From an uncultured archaeon (GTDB lineage Archaea > Thermoproteota > Nitrososphaeria > Nitrososphaerales > Gagatemarchaeaceae): a DNA stretch of 64,000 nt. A program made the position numbers and the translations under genes. The number at the start of each line of letters is the position of its first letter. Within the stretch, counting starts at the first letter, position 1. Shown piece after piece: positions 46,127 through 55,805 of this stretch. The notes under the pieces are model-generated. The model saw only the letters and a list, made by a program, of their open reading frames with translations. It was not told where the DNA came from and made no database searches. The DNA is taken from contig CAWFOU010000001.1 of NCBI GenBank assembly GCA_963817525.1, positions 1,056,001-1,120,000 on the forward strand, in the 5' to 3' direction.

Positions 46127-49084
46127 TCAGCCCTTTATGTTTCCGATGGGCCTGAGGGCCGCGACCTTCAGCGAGATGCCGGCCTGGTGCATCGTCTCGA
46201 CGACCTCGGAGATGTCCTTGTAGGCCATCCCGGCCTCCTCGGCCAGTCCCTCCCACGTGGCGGCCTTGACGTAGATGCCGCGCTTCTCCATCCTCTGCTG
46301 TAGGTCCTTGCCGCTCACCTGCCTCTTCGCTGCCGTCCTCGACATCGTCCTCCCCGAGCCGTGCGCGGTGGAGCCGAAGGTCTCCTCCATCGCCTTCTCC
46401 GTCCCCAGGAGCAGGTAGGAGCCGGTCTCCATCGAGCCGCCGATGATCACGGGCTGGCCCAGCGCGCGGTAGGCCGGGGGTATGTCGGGGTGGCCTGGGC
46501 CGAAGCTACGGGTGGCCCCCTTCCTGTGGACGAGCAGGTCCTTCGAGCCCCCGTCGACCTTGTGCCTCTCCACCTTCGCGATGTTGTGGCAGACGTCGTA
46601 GATGATGTGCATGTCGAGGGCCTCGGGGTCCTTGCGGAAGACCTGCTTGAAGGCCTCGCGTATCCTCATGACTATGACCTGCCTGTTGGCGAAGGCCATG
46701 TTGGCGGCGCAGACCATCGCGCCGTAGTAGTCCTCGCCCTCCTTGGAGGAGAAGGGCGCGCAGGCGAGCTCCCTGTCCCGCACGGTGATGCCGTACTTCT
46801 TCATCGCCCCGTCGAAGACCCTTAGGTAGTCAGAGCCTATCTGGTGGCCGAAGCCCCTGCTGCCGCAGTGGACCATGACCACGACCTGGTCGTCGTGGAC
46901 CAGGCCGAAGTGCTTGCCCATCTTGGCGTCGAAGAACCTGGCGGGGTCGACCACCTGGACCTCGCAGTAGTGGTTCCCCGAGCCGAGCGTTCCCAGCTGG
47001 CTGATCCCCCGGCTGGAGGCCTGCTGGCTGACCTTGGAGGGGTCCGCGCCCTTGATGTATCCGCCCTCCTCGACCTTCTCCACGTCGTCGTCCCAGCCGT
47101 AGTCGTTCTCGGCGCACCACTTCACTCCCCACCTCATGATGTCCTCGAACTGCGGCTGGTTGAGCTTCACCAGCCCCTTGACCCCTACCCCGGTGGGGAT
47201 AAGCCTGAAAAGCAGGTCTACGAGCTCCTTTATCCTGGGTTTGACCTCCGAATAGCGCAGATTCGTCCGAACGAGTCGCATTCCGCAATTGGAGACCACC
47301 ATCCCGTCGGAGACGAAGTTGTGGTTGGCGTCGCCGATAGTCACGTCATACACGAGACCTTCATATGGTATCGACTCGATCGAGACGATCTTGTCGTAGA
47401 CCAAGCCGCTCTTTCCCTCCTCTGAGCTGGCTGCGAACTGCTCCAGTCGGACTGACCGCCAGACCCTGGCGTGTCCTCTGGTCTGCCAGATTGAATGGCG
47501 GATGAAGCTTGGGCCCGCCACGTCGGAGGCAAGAGAGCTCACTATCTCTCGGGCGGGGACGCCGGCAGCGCGCATCGCCACCGCCTGCGCGCGAACCCTG
47601 TCCCTTTCGTCGCGGATCGTCTGGACGTGCGAGAGGAAGCATGATGCGACGCTGGCTAGCCTCTGCTTGTCGCGGTTGTAGAGGTAGCCAACCTGACCGA
47701 AGAATCTGAGAAGGTTGGGAGTGTTCGAAAGTATCGAGAGGCGGTGACCCGTCGAGGGGCCGTCGATTCCTGCGTAATCGTAGCCTTCCACACGCACGGG
47801 ATTGGAGGTCTCCACGCCGAGTGACAAGAGAACCCCGCGGAAGTCCTCGAGGAGCTCGACCGCGCTCTTCGAGAGCCGGACCAGCTTGCTTACGCTGAAG
47901 GACGGCATCTGGAAATCGTAACCGTTTCCGGTGATAGGTTTCGAAAGCTCGGCGCCGAAGAAGGCGCCGAGGAAGAGCTTTTTCTGCCACGCTTCCGCGG
48001 AGAAGAGCCATTCAGGAAGGCGATACGCCTGATTTGTCTTCTTCCCATAAGGGGCGCCGAGCGCCACCATGAGGACCGCGAGCGCGGTGGAGGAGGCCTG
48101 AAGTGAGTGCTCTGTGAAGTCGAACTCGGACGTGCCATAGGCCGTCTTGATCCTGTGGTGACGATCCCTCGTGAAGCTATGGGATGCGAATCCGAGAGAA
48201 CTGATATCCTTCTGTATGTCTGCGAGGTCTTCGGGATTTCCCCAGAAGGAGGTGTAATGCCCTTTTTTCACCGCGGGGATGTTGCCGTCTCCGAAGATGA
48301 AGCCTAGCAACTTGGCAACTGCTACCATCCTCGGGTCGCTGAGCAACAGACGGTCGAGGCCGCGTTCCCTGAGCTCGCGCAGAATCTGAGTCCTGGAGTT
48401 TCCTCGATCTGTTATGCCCATCCTCGTCATCGCGAGGTCGAGCGTGTCCGAAGAGACGATCTCAATCGAATAGGGCTCCGTGAAGGGGATGCCTTCGACT
48501 CCGGTCGTCAACAGCGTGTCTTCGATCGTGAGCTTACCTGCAGGGACCATCCCGGCCGGGGTGCGGATGGGATGGTCGGCGGTAGCCAGCAGAGTCTTGC
48601 CGGCCTTGGTCTTTATCTTGAGGATCGACTCGGCTTCCCAACGGCGCTGTTTCAGCACCGCCCGAGTGGGAATCCCAGACCGCGTAGTCTCGTCGAAGGT
48701 TAGGAACCCCTGGGTGGTGGTGTCGATGTCTGCGATTCTTCTCCAAATCCCGTTCTCGTCGATGACCTTGGAGTCCGGGTGGAGGCAGTTGATATCAAAT
48801 CCGATTCCGCCAGGTGAAATTATCCCATTTTCAGGGTCGAACGCGGCGACGCCCCCTATAGGGAAGCCGTAGCCCCAGTGGGCGTCGGCCATGGCGTAGG
48901 AGTACTTTACGATGCCAGTGAGGGACGCGACGTTCGTGACCTGCTCGATCACCCCGTTGTCCATCTCCTCGAGGAGCTTCTTGGTCGCGTAGATCCGGGC
49001 GGGGACGTTCATCCCGGCCTTGTAGGAAGTGGGAATCTCCCAGACGACGTCCGAGATCTGCTTTGCGTTCTTGACGTCGGTCAT
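46127..49084 (-). CDS. rtcB: tRNA-splicing ligase RtcB containing an intein
   Basis: DAHWGYGFPIGG, GFDIN|intein|CGMRL, LGSGNH, HCGSRG, HNIAK, HRKGAT, HGSGR. Confidence 0.97.
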   Translation of the reverse strand: MTDVKNAKQISDVVWEIPTSYKAGMNVPARIYATKKLLEEMDNGVIEQVTNVASLTGIVKYSYAMADAHWGYGFPIGGVAAFDPENGIISPGGIGFDINCLHPDSKVIDENGIWRRIADIDTTTQGFLTFDETTRSGIPTRAVLKQRRWEAESILKIKTKAGKTLLATADHPIRTPAGMVPAGKLTIEDTLLTTGVEGIPFTEPYSIEIVSSDTLDLAMTRMGITDRGNSRTQILRELRERGLDRLLLSDPRMVAVAKLLGFIFGDGNIPAVKKGHYTSFWGNPEDLADIQKDISSLGFASHSFTRDRHHRIKTAYGTSEFDFTEHSLQASSTALAVLMVALGAPYGKKTNQAYRLPEWLFSAEAWQKKLFLGAFFGAELSKPITGNGYDFQMPSFSVSKLVRLSKSAVELLEDFRGVLLSLGVETSNPVRVEGYDYAGIDGPSTGHRLSILSNTPNLLRFFGQVGYLYNRDKQRLASVASCFLSHVQTIRDERDRVRAQAVAMRAAGVPAREIVSSLASDVAGPSFIRHSIWQTRGHARVWRSVRLEQFAASSEEGKSGLVYDKIVSIESIPYEGLVYDVTIGDANHNFVSDGMVVSNCGMRLVRTNLRYSEVKPRIKELVDLLFRLIPTGVGVKGLVKLNQPQFEDIMRWGVKWCAENDYGWDDDVEKVEEGGYIKGADPSKVSQQASSRGISQLGTLGSGNHYCEVQVVDPARFFDAKMGKHFGLVHDDQVVVMVHCGSRGFGHQIGSDYLRVFDGAMKKYGITVRDRELACAPFSSKEGEDYYGAMVCAANMAFANRQVIVMRIREAFKQVFRKDPEALDMHIIYDVCHNIAKVERHKVDGGSKDLLVHRKGATRSFGPGHPDIPPAYRALGQPVIIGGSMETGSYLLLGTEKAMEETFGSTAHGSGRTMSRTAAKRQVSGKDLQQRMEKRGIYVKAATWEGLAEEAGMAYKDISEVVETMHQAGISLKVAALRPIGNIKG
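47288..48787 (-). mobile_element. 500-aa intein with LAGLIDADG homing endonuclease
   Basis: Starts CLHPDS, block B ATADHPI, LLGFIFGDG and FLGAFFGAEL motifs, ends VYDVTI..HNFVSDGMVVSN before Cys+1. Confidence 0.95.
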
Positions 49085-49141
49085 CTTGCTGAGAGCGTCT
49101 CTCCCCGCGGCGCCTGCTCACCCGACTTAAGCCTTCTGCGT

Positions 49142-49594
49142 TCAGATGTCGAGGACGACGGTCGCCTCCCACCAGCCCCGCTTCCCTTTCTTCTTCACTT
49201 CGAACATGTGCATCGTCACCGCCTTCACGTCGTTCCTGAGCGCGTGCCTCTCCCTGTCGATCTCCTCGCCCAGCATCACGCAGTCGAGGGCGTGTCCCTG
49301 CGAGGCGATCGAGACCTTGTAGTCCTCGAAGAGGAGCGAGTCGACGTCCTTGATCACTATCAGCTCCGTGAGAAAGTCGTAGAGAAGCCTATCGACGGAG
49401 GGAGATTCTACCTCGATCCTTCGCTCGACCCTCCCTGCGACCGTCCTCCTGTCCACCATTACGTCGGTGAGTGCCCTCGCCGCGGCCTCGAAGAGTGAGG
49501 GGAGTGAGTCCGCGCGGGCGACGAACGCCACGTCGGCTAGTGCGATGTTGGAGAGAAAGCGGTAGTCCGAATGGCGCCGGCCTGGGCTGACCAA
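49142..49594 (-). CDS. Archease
   Basis: ADVAF, LFEAAA, LLYDFLTEL, DVKAVTMH, VLDI; directly upstream of rtcB. Confidence 0.92.
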   Translation of the reverse strand: MVSPGRRHSDYRFLSNIALADVAFVARADSLPSLFEAAARALTDVMVDRRTVAGRVERRIEVESPSVDRLLYDFLTELIVIKDVDSLLFEDYKVSIASQGHALDCVMLGEEIDRERHALRNDVKAVTMHMFEVKKKGKRGWWEATVVLDI

Positions 49595-49825
49595 CGCCCC
49601 GACGCGAAATCAGGCTCTTAAGAACGTGCGTCAGGCGCCTACCCAGTGGCGGCATGACCACGTGGGCGAGAAGATTCCTTAGACGAGACCCAAGCAAAGA
49701 GCCTTGACAAACGTGTGATATTGGATCAAGCTACAACCTATCAGGCGCCAATACGCTTTTCACGATGGAGGCGCGGGGATTCATCATTGACGGGATCGGG
49801 TGACGAGTGGGGCCCGGCGAGGGCG

Positions 49826-50611
49826 ATGCTGCCACGCCAGCCGGGAGTGGTCGAGGCGGAGCCCGCCGCCAACCTCGCGCTCGAGGAGGCGCTCTTCCTC
49901 AGGAACGAGGGGTTCCTCGCAAGGGTCTGGGAGAACGCAGAGTCCGTGATCATAGGGCGGGCCCAGCTGGCGAGCCACGAGACGGACGTCGGGTATTGCA
50001 AGTCGCATTCCATCCCTATAGTCAGGAGGTTCACCGCGGGCGGGGCCGTCTACAACGGGCCGGGGAACCTGAACTGGTCGCTCTTCGTGGCGAGGAGCCT
50101 CGACTCTGGGCCGCTTAGGTACGAGTCGAGCCCCCACGCGATATTCAGGGGCGCCTCGAGGCCCCTCCTCTCCGCCCTCGAGGAGTGCGGCGTGGGCGCC
50201 TGGCTTGACCCGCCAAACAGGATCCTCACAAGGGAGGGCAAGATCTCGGGGATGGCCGCCTACGTCTCGAGGAGAGGGTTCCTCTGCCACGGGACTCTCC
50301 TGGTCGGGGCGGACATGGGGAGGGTGAAGGCGCTCACGACGCCGTCGCCCGAGGCCATCGGGAGGAAGTACACCAGGAGCAGGGACGTCAAGACCGCGAA
50401 CGCCCCGTTGGACGTAGATTCGTTTATTCGCACGTTCGTGGGGACTCTCGCCGACGAGACCAAGATGGAGATGAAGACGACCTCCCCTGACGCGCGCGAG
50501 CTGGCCCTCATGAGGGAGCTGATGGCGGCCCGCTACGGGGACGAGGGGTGGAACCTGGGCGACCCGTTCGCCTGGAGCGAGAGGGCCGTCGCGGACGCCA
50601 TGGTGAGATAG
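49826..50611 (+). CDS. Lipoate-protein ligase A family (catalytic domain)
   Basis: NLALEEAL, VIIGRAQ, RRFTAGGAVY, KISG, HGTLL; start ATG 49826 chosen. Confidence 0.85.
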   Translation: MLPRQPGVVEAEPAANLALEEALFLRNEGFLARVWENAESVIIGRAQLASHETDVGYCKSHSIPIVRRFTAGGAVYNGPGNLNWSLFVARSLDSGPLRYESSPHAIFRGASRPLLSALEECGVGAWLDPPNRILTREGKISGMAAYVSRRGFLCHGTLLVGADMGRVKALTTPSPEAIGRKYTRSRDVKTANAPLDVDSFIRTFVGTLADETKMEMKTTSPDARELALMRELMAARYGDEGWNLGDPFAWSERAVADAMVR

Positions 50612-50614
50612 CGG

Positions 50615-51835
50615 ATGGAAGACCAAGAAGTCACGCTCGAGGAGATCGAGAGGGCGGCCGCCGTGCTAAAGGGAGTGATCCGGGTGACGCCCCTCGACCG
50701 CTCCAGGACCCTCAGCGAGGAGACGGGGATCGACCTCTACCTCAAGATGGAGAACTTTCAGAGGGCGGGCTCCTTCAAGATGCGCGGCGCCTACTACAAG
50801 ATACACTCGCTCTCGGACTCGGAGAGGAAGAGGGGGGTCGTCGCCGCCTCCGCGGGCAACCACGCCCAGGGCGTGGCCAACGCCGCGACCCTCCTGGGGG
50901 TCAAGTCTACCATCGTGATGCCAGAGAGCGCCTCGCCCGCCAAGATAGACGCGACCAAGGGCTACGGCGCGCGGGTGGTCCTGCACGGGGCGAACTTCGA
51001 GGAGGCCCTGGAGATGGCGCGCGAGATAGGCCGGAAGGAGGACGCGACCCTCATCCACGCCTTCGACGACCCGTTGGTCGTCGCGGGGCAGGGGACCGCC
51101 GGGCTCGAGATGATGGAGGCGGCTCCCGAGCTCCAGACCGTCGTGGTCCCGATAGGAGGGGGCGGTCTCATCTCCGGGGTCGCCGTCGCGTGCAAGAGCA
51201 TCAAGCCCTCGATCAAGGTGGTCGGTGTCCAGTCGGAGGCGTTCCCCAGCATGTACATGGCGTTCAAGACCGCGAAGATGGTGCCCTACAAGACCCAGGA
51301 GACGATCGCCGACGGCATCGCCGTGAAGCAGCCGGGCAAGCTCACCTACAAGCTGATTCGGAAGTTTGTGGACGACGTGGTCCTCGTGAGCGACGCCGAC
51401 ATCGCGAGCGCGATCTTCTTCATGCTCGAGAGGATGAAGGTGGTCGCGGAGCCCGCGGGGGCCGCTAGCGTCGCGGCCTGCATGGCGGGGCTCGTAAAGG
51501 CGCGGGGGGAGAAGTGCGCCACGGTGGTCAGCGGCGGCAACATCGACATGTACCTCCTCGACCAGATAGTCACGAAGGTCCTGGAGAAGCAGCACAGGCT
51601 GCTCAGGATCAGGATCCTGATCTCCGACAAGCCCGGCGCCCTCAAGGACATTATCGAGGTGATCGCCCAGTCGAGGGCCCACGTCATCAGCATCGAGCAC
51701 GACAGGGTGGGAGAAGGCGTCCCGATCGGCAGGGCGGAGGTCATCTTCGACCTGGAGACCCAGAACGCACAGCACACCAAGAACCTCATCTCGGCGCTGG
51801 GCAAGTCCAGGGTGAAGTACAGGGTCGAGAGCTGA
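50615..51835 (+). CDS. ilvA: Threonine ammonia-lyase with C-terminal ACT domain
   Basis: KMENFQRAGSFKMRGA, SAGNHAQG, PIGGGGL, SGGNID, DKPGAL. Confidence 0.93.
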   Translation: MEDQEVTLEEIERAAAVLKGVIRVTPLDRSRTLSEETGIDLYLKMENFQRAGSFKMRGAYYKIHSLSDSERKRGVVAASAGNHAQGVANAATLLGVKSTIVMPESASPAKIDATKGYGARVVLHGANFEEALEMAREIGRKEDATLIHAFDDPLVVAGQGTAGLEMMEAAPELQTVVVPIGGGGLISGVAVACKSIKPSIKVVGVQSEAFPSMYMAFKTAKMVPYKTQETIADGIAVKQPGKLTYKLIRKFVDDVVLVSDADIASAIFFMLERMKVVAEPAGAASVAACMAGLVKARGEKCATVVSGGNIDMYLLDQIVTKVLEKQHRLLRIRILISDKPGALKDIIEVIAQSRAHVISIEHDRVGEGVPIGRAEVIFDLETQNAQHTKNLISALGKSRVKYRVES

Positions 51836-51838
51836 GCC

Positions 51839-52960
51839 TCAGTCGCCCCGGCCGTGAAGGGCCTTTATCTCCAGGAGCGCCCCGGATATCACCTTGATCG
51901 ACCCGAGGTAGTCCGGGATGTCGACGAACTCCATGTCGGTGTGCCCCAGGTTGGAGTCGGCGGGGCCGTAGGTGAGGCAGGGGAGCCCCATCCTCTCTGC
52001 GAGGGTGTTCATGTCCCCCGTCCCGGTCTTGTTGGTGAGCACGGGGCGGGTGTTGAGGGTCTTCAGGATGGAGCGCTGGAACGCCCTCACCACGACGGAG
52101 TCGAGCGGCGCCGAGTAGGGCTCGGTGAAGCCGTCGAACTCGACCTTCGCGTCGATCCCCCCCTTCATCCGGGCGTAGCCGTCCACGATCGCGGTAAGGT
52201 CTTCCTGCACCCTCGACGAGCTGGTCCCCGGGGGGATGCGGACGTCGAAGGTCATCTGGCACTTCTTCGGGACGACGTTCGAGTAGGCGCCGCCCCTGAT
52301 CATCGTCAGGGAGGCGCTCAGCGACCGAAAGTGGTTCCCCTCCACCGTGTACTTCCTCTCGTATTCCTTGATCAGCGACATTATGGCGAGGGACTCGTCG
52401 ACCGCGCTGGGGTGGGCCCAAGAGGAGGAGGCGTGGCCTCCGTGCGTCCCCACGGTTATCTTGGCGGCGGTCCTCCCTCGGTATCCCACGGTGATCCTCG
52501 CTGCTCCCGCGGGCTCGCCGAAGACGGCGTAGTCGTAGTCTCCCCCTGAGTCGATGAGGGTCTCCACGCCCAGGCTGTCACCCTCCTCCCTCGTCACGCA
52601 CGCCATCGTCACCTTCATGCCTTCGGGAGGCGCGCTGGCCGCTGACATCATGGCGCACATGGGGGACTTGGCGTCGGCCGCGCCCCTTCCGTAGACCCGC
52701 CCCCCTTCCACCCTGACCTTGAGGAACCCCGGGACCGTGTCCATGTGGCCGCAGAGGAGGACGTGTGGGTGGCCGCTCCCGACATCCCCTATCGCGTTGC
52801 CCGCCTTGTCCGTCCTCACGTTGTTGAACCCCATCCGGCGCATCCGGTCTCTGAGCAGCTTGGAGAGCCTCTCCTCCTTGGTGGAGACGGAGTAAGTCCT
52901 GATGGCCTCCAGGAGGAGGTCTACCGCAGGGTCGTTCTTGCTCTTCATGCGCTCAGCCAA
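51839..52960 (-). CDS. lysK: [LysW]-lysine/[LysW]-ornithine hydrolase (M20)
   Basis: GHMDTV, GRGAADAK, EE, GEP, GDMN; operon context. Confidence 0.88.
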   Translation of the reverse strand: MAERMKSKNDPAVDLLLEAIRTYSVSTKEERLSKLLRDRMRRMGFNNVRTDKAGNAIGDVGSGHPHVLLCGHMDTVPGFLKVRVEGGRVYGRGAADAKSPMCAMMSAASAPPEGMKVTMACVTREEGDSLGVETLIDSGGDYDYAVFGEPAGAARITVGYRGRTAAKITVGTHGGHASSSWAHPSAVDESLAIMSLIKEYERKYTVEGNHFRSLSASLTMIRGGAYSNVVPKKCQMTFDVRIPPGTSSSRVQEDLTAIVDGYARMKGGIDAKVEFDGFTEPYSAPLDSVVVRAFQRSILKTLNTRPVLTNKTGTGDMNTLAERMGLPCLTYGPADSNLGHTDMEFVDIPDYLGSIKVISGALLEIKALHGRGD

Positions 52961-52979
52961 GCTTCGTGGGTCAGCGCTA

Positions 52980-53834
52980 TCATCGCTTGTCGAGGGACGC
53001 GAGGTAGTCGACGGCGAGTCCTGGGATGTCGATGCCCGTGGCTGGGACCGAGTTCTTGAACTCCGTGGTGTTGTTGACCTCGTGGCAGACCAGGCCGTCC
53101 TTGGACTCCATGAGGTCTACCCCCACGAACCTTCCCCCCACTGCCTTCGCCGCCTTCACGGAGATGTCGTCGATCTCTTTGGTGACCTTGCAGGGCTCTG
53201 CCTTCCCCCCTCTCGCCGTGTTCGTCCGCCAGTCGCCGGCGGAGGTGCGGTAGATGGCGGCTATCGTGCTGTCCCCGATCACGTACGTCCTGATGTCCCG
53301 AGGAGGCCGCTTGACGTACTCCTGGAGATAGTAGACCTGGTAGCTGGGGTGCATGTACTCCCTGTCCTCGATGATTGCCCTGGCGAAGTCCTCGTCCTTG
53401 AGGAGGGCGGCGAGCCGGCCCCAGCTCCCCACCGCCGGCTTTAGGACGGCAGGGTAGCCGAGTTTGGCCAGGGCGCGCATCACCCCCTCCTCCGTGAACG
53501 CGAGGCGGGTCTCCGGCGTGGGTATCCCGGCCTTCTTCAGCGCGAGGGTGCAGAGGACCTTGTCGCTGGAGTTCCAGGCCGTGCTCAGCGAGTTGACCAC
53601 GGTGTGCCCGGCGGCCTCGAGCGCGGCCGTGGAGTAGAGGTTCCGGTAGTGGGAGACGCACCTCTGGAGGACGACCCTCTCGGCGATCCTCGGGTTGGCG
53701 CCGCCGCCGGTGAGCCCTATCTCGGTCTCCTTGAGGTCGACCATGGCCACCTTGACCCCCTTCTTCTCGGCGGCCTGTGCGAGGGCCTTCTCCTCCCACC
53801 TGATCACGTCGTATAGCAGAGCGAACGAGGGCGT
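52980..53834 (-). CDS. lysX: Alpha-aminoadipate--LysW ligase (ATP-grasp)
   Basis: ALLYDVIRWEEK, QRCVSH, GSWGR, WRTNTARGG, EVNNTTEFK; start probably upstream of the ORF-track GTG (ACG 53834 or CTG 53819). Confidence 0.88.
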   Translation of the reverse strand, partial: TPSFALLYDVIRWEEKALAQAAEKKGVKVAMVDLKETEIGLTGGGANPRIAERVVLQRCVSHYRNLYSTAALEAAGHTVVNSLSTAWNSSDKVLCTLALKKAGIPTPETRLAFTEEGVMRALAKLGYPAVLKPAVGSWGRLAALLKDEDFARAIIEDREYMHPSYQVYYLQEYVKRPPRDIRTYVIGDSTIAAIYRTSAGDWRTNTARGGKAEPCKVTKEIDDISVKAAKAVGGRFVGVDLMESKDGLVCHEVNNTTEFKNSVPATGIDIPGLAVDYLASLDKR

Positions 53835-53838
53835 GCCT

Positions 53839-54012
53839 CTACTCGCCCCAGTCCTCTTGCTCTTTCTCTGCTGGCTTTAGTGTGATGAGCCCGGAGGCCA
53901 CGTCTTTCCTGACCTCGTAGGACGCGCCGCAGTCCTTGCAGCTCACGATCTCGCCTTGTATCGCGTCGCCGGGAATCGTCAGCGGGGCTTCGCATTCGTC
54001 GCAGTTCGTCAG
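53839..54012 (-). CDS. lysW: Amino-group carrier protein LysW
   Basis: CDEC..CKDCG..EDWGE; GAGGTGA ribosome-binding site then CTG start. Confidence 0.93.
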   Translation of the reverse strand: MTNCDECEAPLTIPGDAIQGEIVSCKDCGASYEVRKDVASGLITLKPAEKEQEDWGE

Positions 54013-54174
54013 TGGCTCACCTCGATTCCTTTGACCCGTCGACGGCCGATTATATTTAACGGTAACGACGGCGCATGACATCATTATATCGGAGCTTGAC
54101 CCCTGTGGGAATAGGCGAAAAGTTGGACTGGAAGGAGCTTGTGGGTAGAACGTTGAGACGAAACTGGTGATATT

Positions 54175-54873
54175 ATGGCAACAGCAAAAGCAACACTAGA
54201 AAGGAAAAGAAATGAATTAGGATTTCATGAAATTGGAAAGGCCCATGGAATACCAATATACATGCTAAATGAGAAAGCAAATGCGTCGCAGTCGGCGAAG
54301 CGCATGGTAGGGCTTAGATTGGCGCTGCCTACTTTCCAGTTAATGCTTTCTGCATTTGGCTCAGAAAGTTCACTCAAAGATAAATTCAATGACAGTGGGA
54401 AAAGCGACTACTCTTTTTGGATGACGGGCACCGGTAAGGACACAAATCATCTGATAGACGAATCCCAAGAGTCAGAAATCACACCTGCTCAGGAAGCAGA
54501 GGCCATGAAGCTCGCTGACTCAGGCATGAACTACCAGGAGATAGCCAAGAAGTTAGGCGTCACTGCTTTGAGCGTATATTACGCACTGAAGAAAAAGGGG
54601 AAAACCAAAGCAAAAAAGCCGATCAAGCCAAGAAGCTCGGCTCTTTGCACGTTTGACAAGAAAGGAGATCTTAACGTAGGCAAGGGAGCCTCCTTGGAAA
54701 GTACAGTCCGTGTTTCCAGAGGCTCGGACGACATGCCTCTTCTCTTCTTCGTTCTCCGTGACAGCTACTCCAGGATTGGCGGTGCGCGTTTCGTCATTGC
54801 CGCATGCAATGGCAGACAGTTTACTCCTGTTACTGCCGCTAGAGTGGTGGTAGGAGTTCCGCAAGAAGCGTGA
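54175..54873 (+). CDS. Low-GC hypothetical protein with central HTH
   Basis: GMNYQEIAKKLGVTALSVYYAL HTH; ggtga RBS; AT-rich codons (about one third GC in 54181-54240). Confidence 0.7.
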   Translation: MATAKATLERKRNELGFHEIGKAHGIPIYMLNEKANASQSAKRMVGLRLALPTFQLMLSAFGSESSLKDKFNDSGKSDYSFWMTGTGKDTNHLIDESQESEITPAQEAEAMKLADSGMNYQEIAKKLGVTALSVYYALKKKGKTKAKKPIKPRSSALCTFDKKGDLNVGKGASLESTVRVSRGSDDMPLLFFVLRDSYSRIGGARFVIAACNGRQFTPVTAARVVVGVPQEA

Positions 54874-55010
54874 GCCTGGATACATGGCAGATAGCGGCCA
54901 TTCTGGGAAGGGTTTAGTCTGTGCCCCGTTGATGCCCAAACTGTCTGTAACAGCGTCTTTTGTTAAGCTAAATCAGCGATATCGCGCGAGACAACGCGGT
55001 TCGGGGAGTC

Positions 55011-55331
55011 TCAGGAGAATCTGACGAACCAGAGGGCGAGCATCAAGACTATCGATATGCCGAACATCTTGAACAGCCCGCCCGCGAGCCTGGTCCTTTG
55101 AGTGGAGACGAGCAAGGCAGCCCCGACCAGGGCGACGCCGATGGCGAAGACGTCCTGCGAAGAACCCATCTGTCGAAGGATGCGACCGCAGACGCCCAGG
55201 GTGGCCGTGCCGCTACAGCTGCGGAGCGGCTGGAGGAACCAGTCTCCCAAGAATATGATGCCGGATATCCCGGCCGCCACGGCTCCGGCCCCACCGAGGC
55301 AGTAGCTTATCGCGAGGCGAATGTCGAGCAA
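55011..55331 (-). CDS. Small multi-pass membrane protein
   Basis: Three hydrophobic segments; TATA-like ataaat upstream. Confidence 0.5.
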   Translation of the reverse strand: MLDIRLAISYCLGGAGAVAAGISGIIFLGDWFLQPLRSCSGTATLGVCGRILRQMGSSQDVFAIGVALVGAALLVSTQRTRLAGGLFKMFGISIVLMLALWFVRFS

Positions 55332-55388
55332 GGCCTGAAGGATGGCGGCGGCCCTTGCATTTATGGGATGCCTTGAGCCGCCCGAGGC

Positions 55389-55805
55389 TCAACGAATGGT
55401 CCGCAGGATTATCGTCGTCTCGGTCTTGAGGACGCCCTCGAGACGCCTAATCTCCTCGACGGACTTGTTGACCTCCGAGATGCTGGTCCCCTTAATGATG
55501 GCGGCGATGTCGAAGGGGCCGGTGGTCTCGTAGATGGTCTCGACCCCCTTCACGGACTTTAGCTTCCTGCTCACGTCGGCGGTCGGGGCGGCCGGGCTGA
55601 CCGAGACGTAGGTGACGGCGCTCGTGGCCGTCTGCGGCTCGTCGACGTCGATGGTGAACCTCCTGATCGTGCGAGCTTTGACCAGGTTGGCGACCCTCCT
55701 CCTCACGGCCGCTTCAGAGAGCCCGACCTTGGCCGCTATCTCGACGAAGGGGAGCCTGGAGTCTTCGCGCAGGATCGTGAGGATCTGCTCGTCAGTCTTG
55801 TCCAT
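55389..55805 (-). CDS. lysM: Lrp/AsnC-family regulator (LysM-type)
   Basis: MDKTDEQIL..IAAKVGLSEAAVRRRV, TGPFD; within lys operon. Confidence 0.85.
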   Translation of the reverse strand: MDKTDEQILTILREDSRLPFVEIAAKVGLSEAAVRRRVANLVKARTIRRFTIDVDEPQTATSAVTYVSVSPAAPTADVSRKLKSVKGVETIYETTGPFDIAAIIKGTSISEVNKSVEEIRRLEGVLKTETTIILRTIR

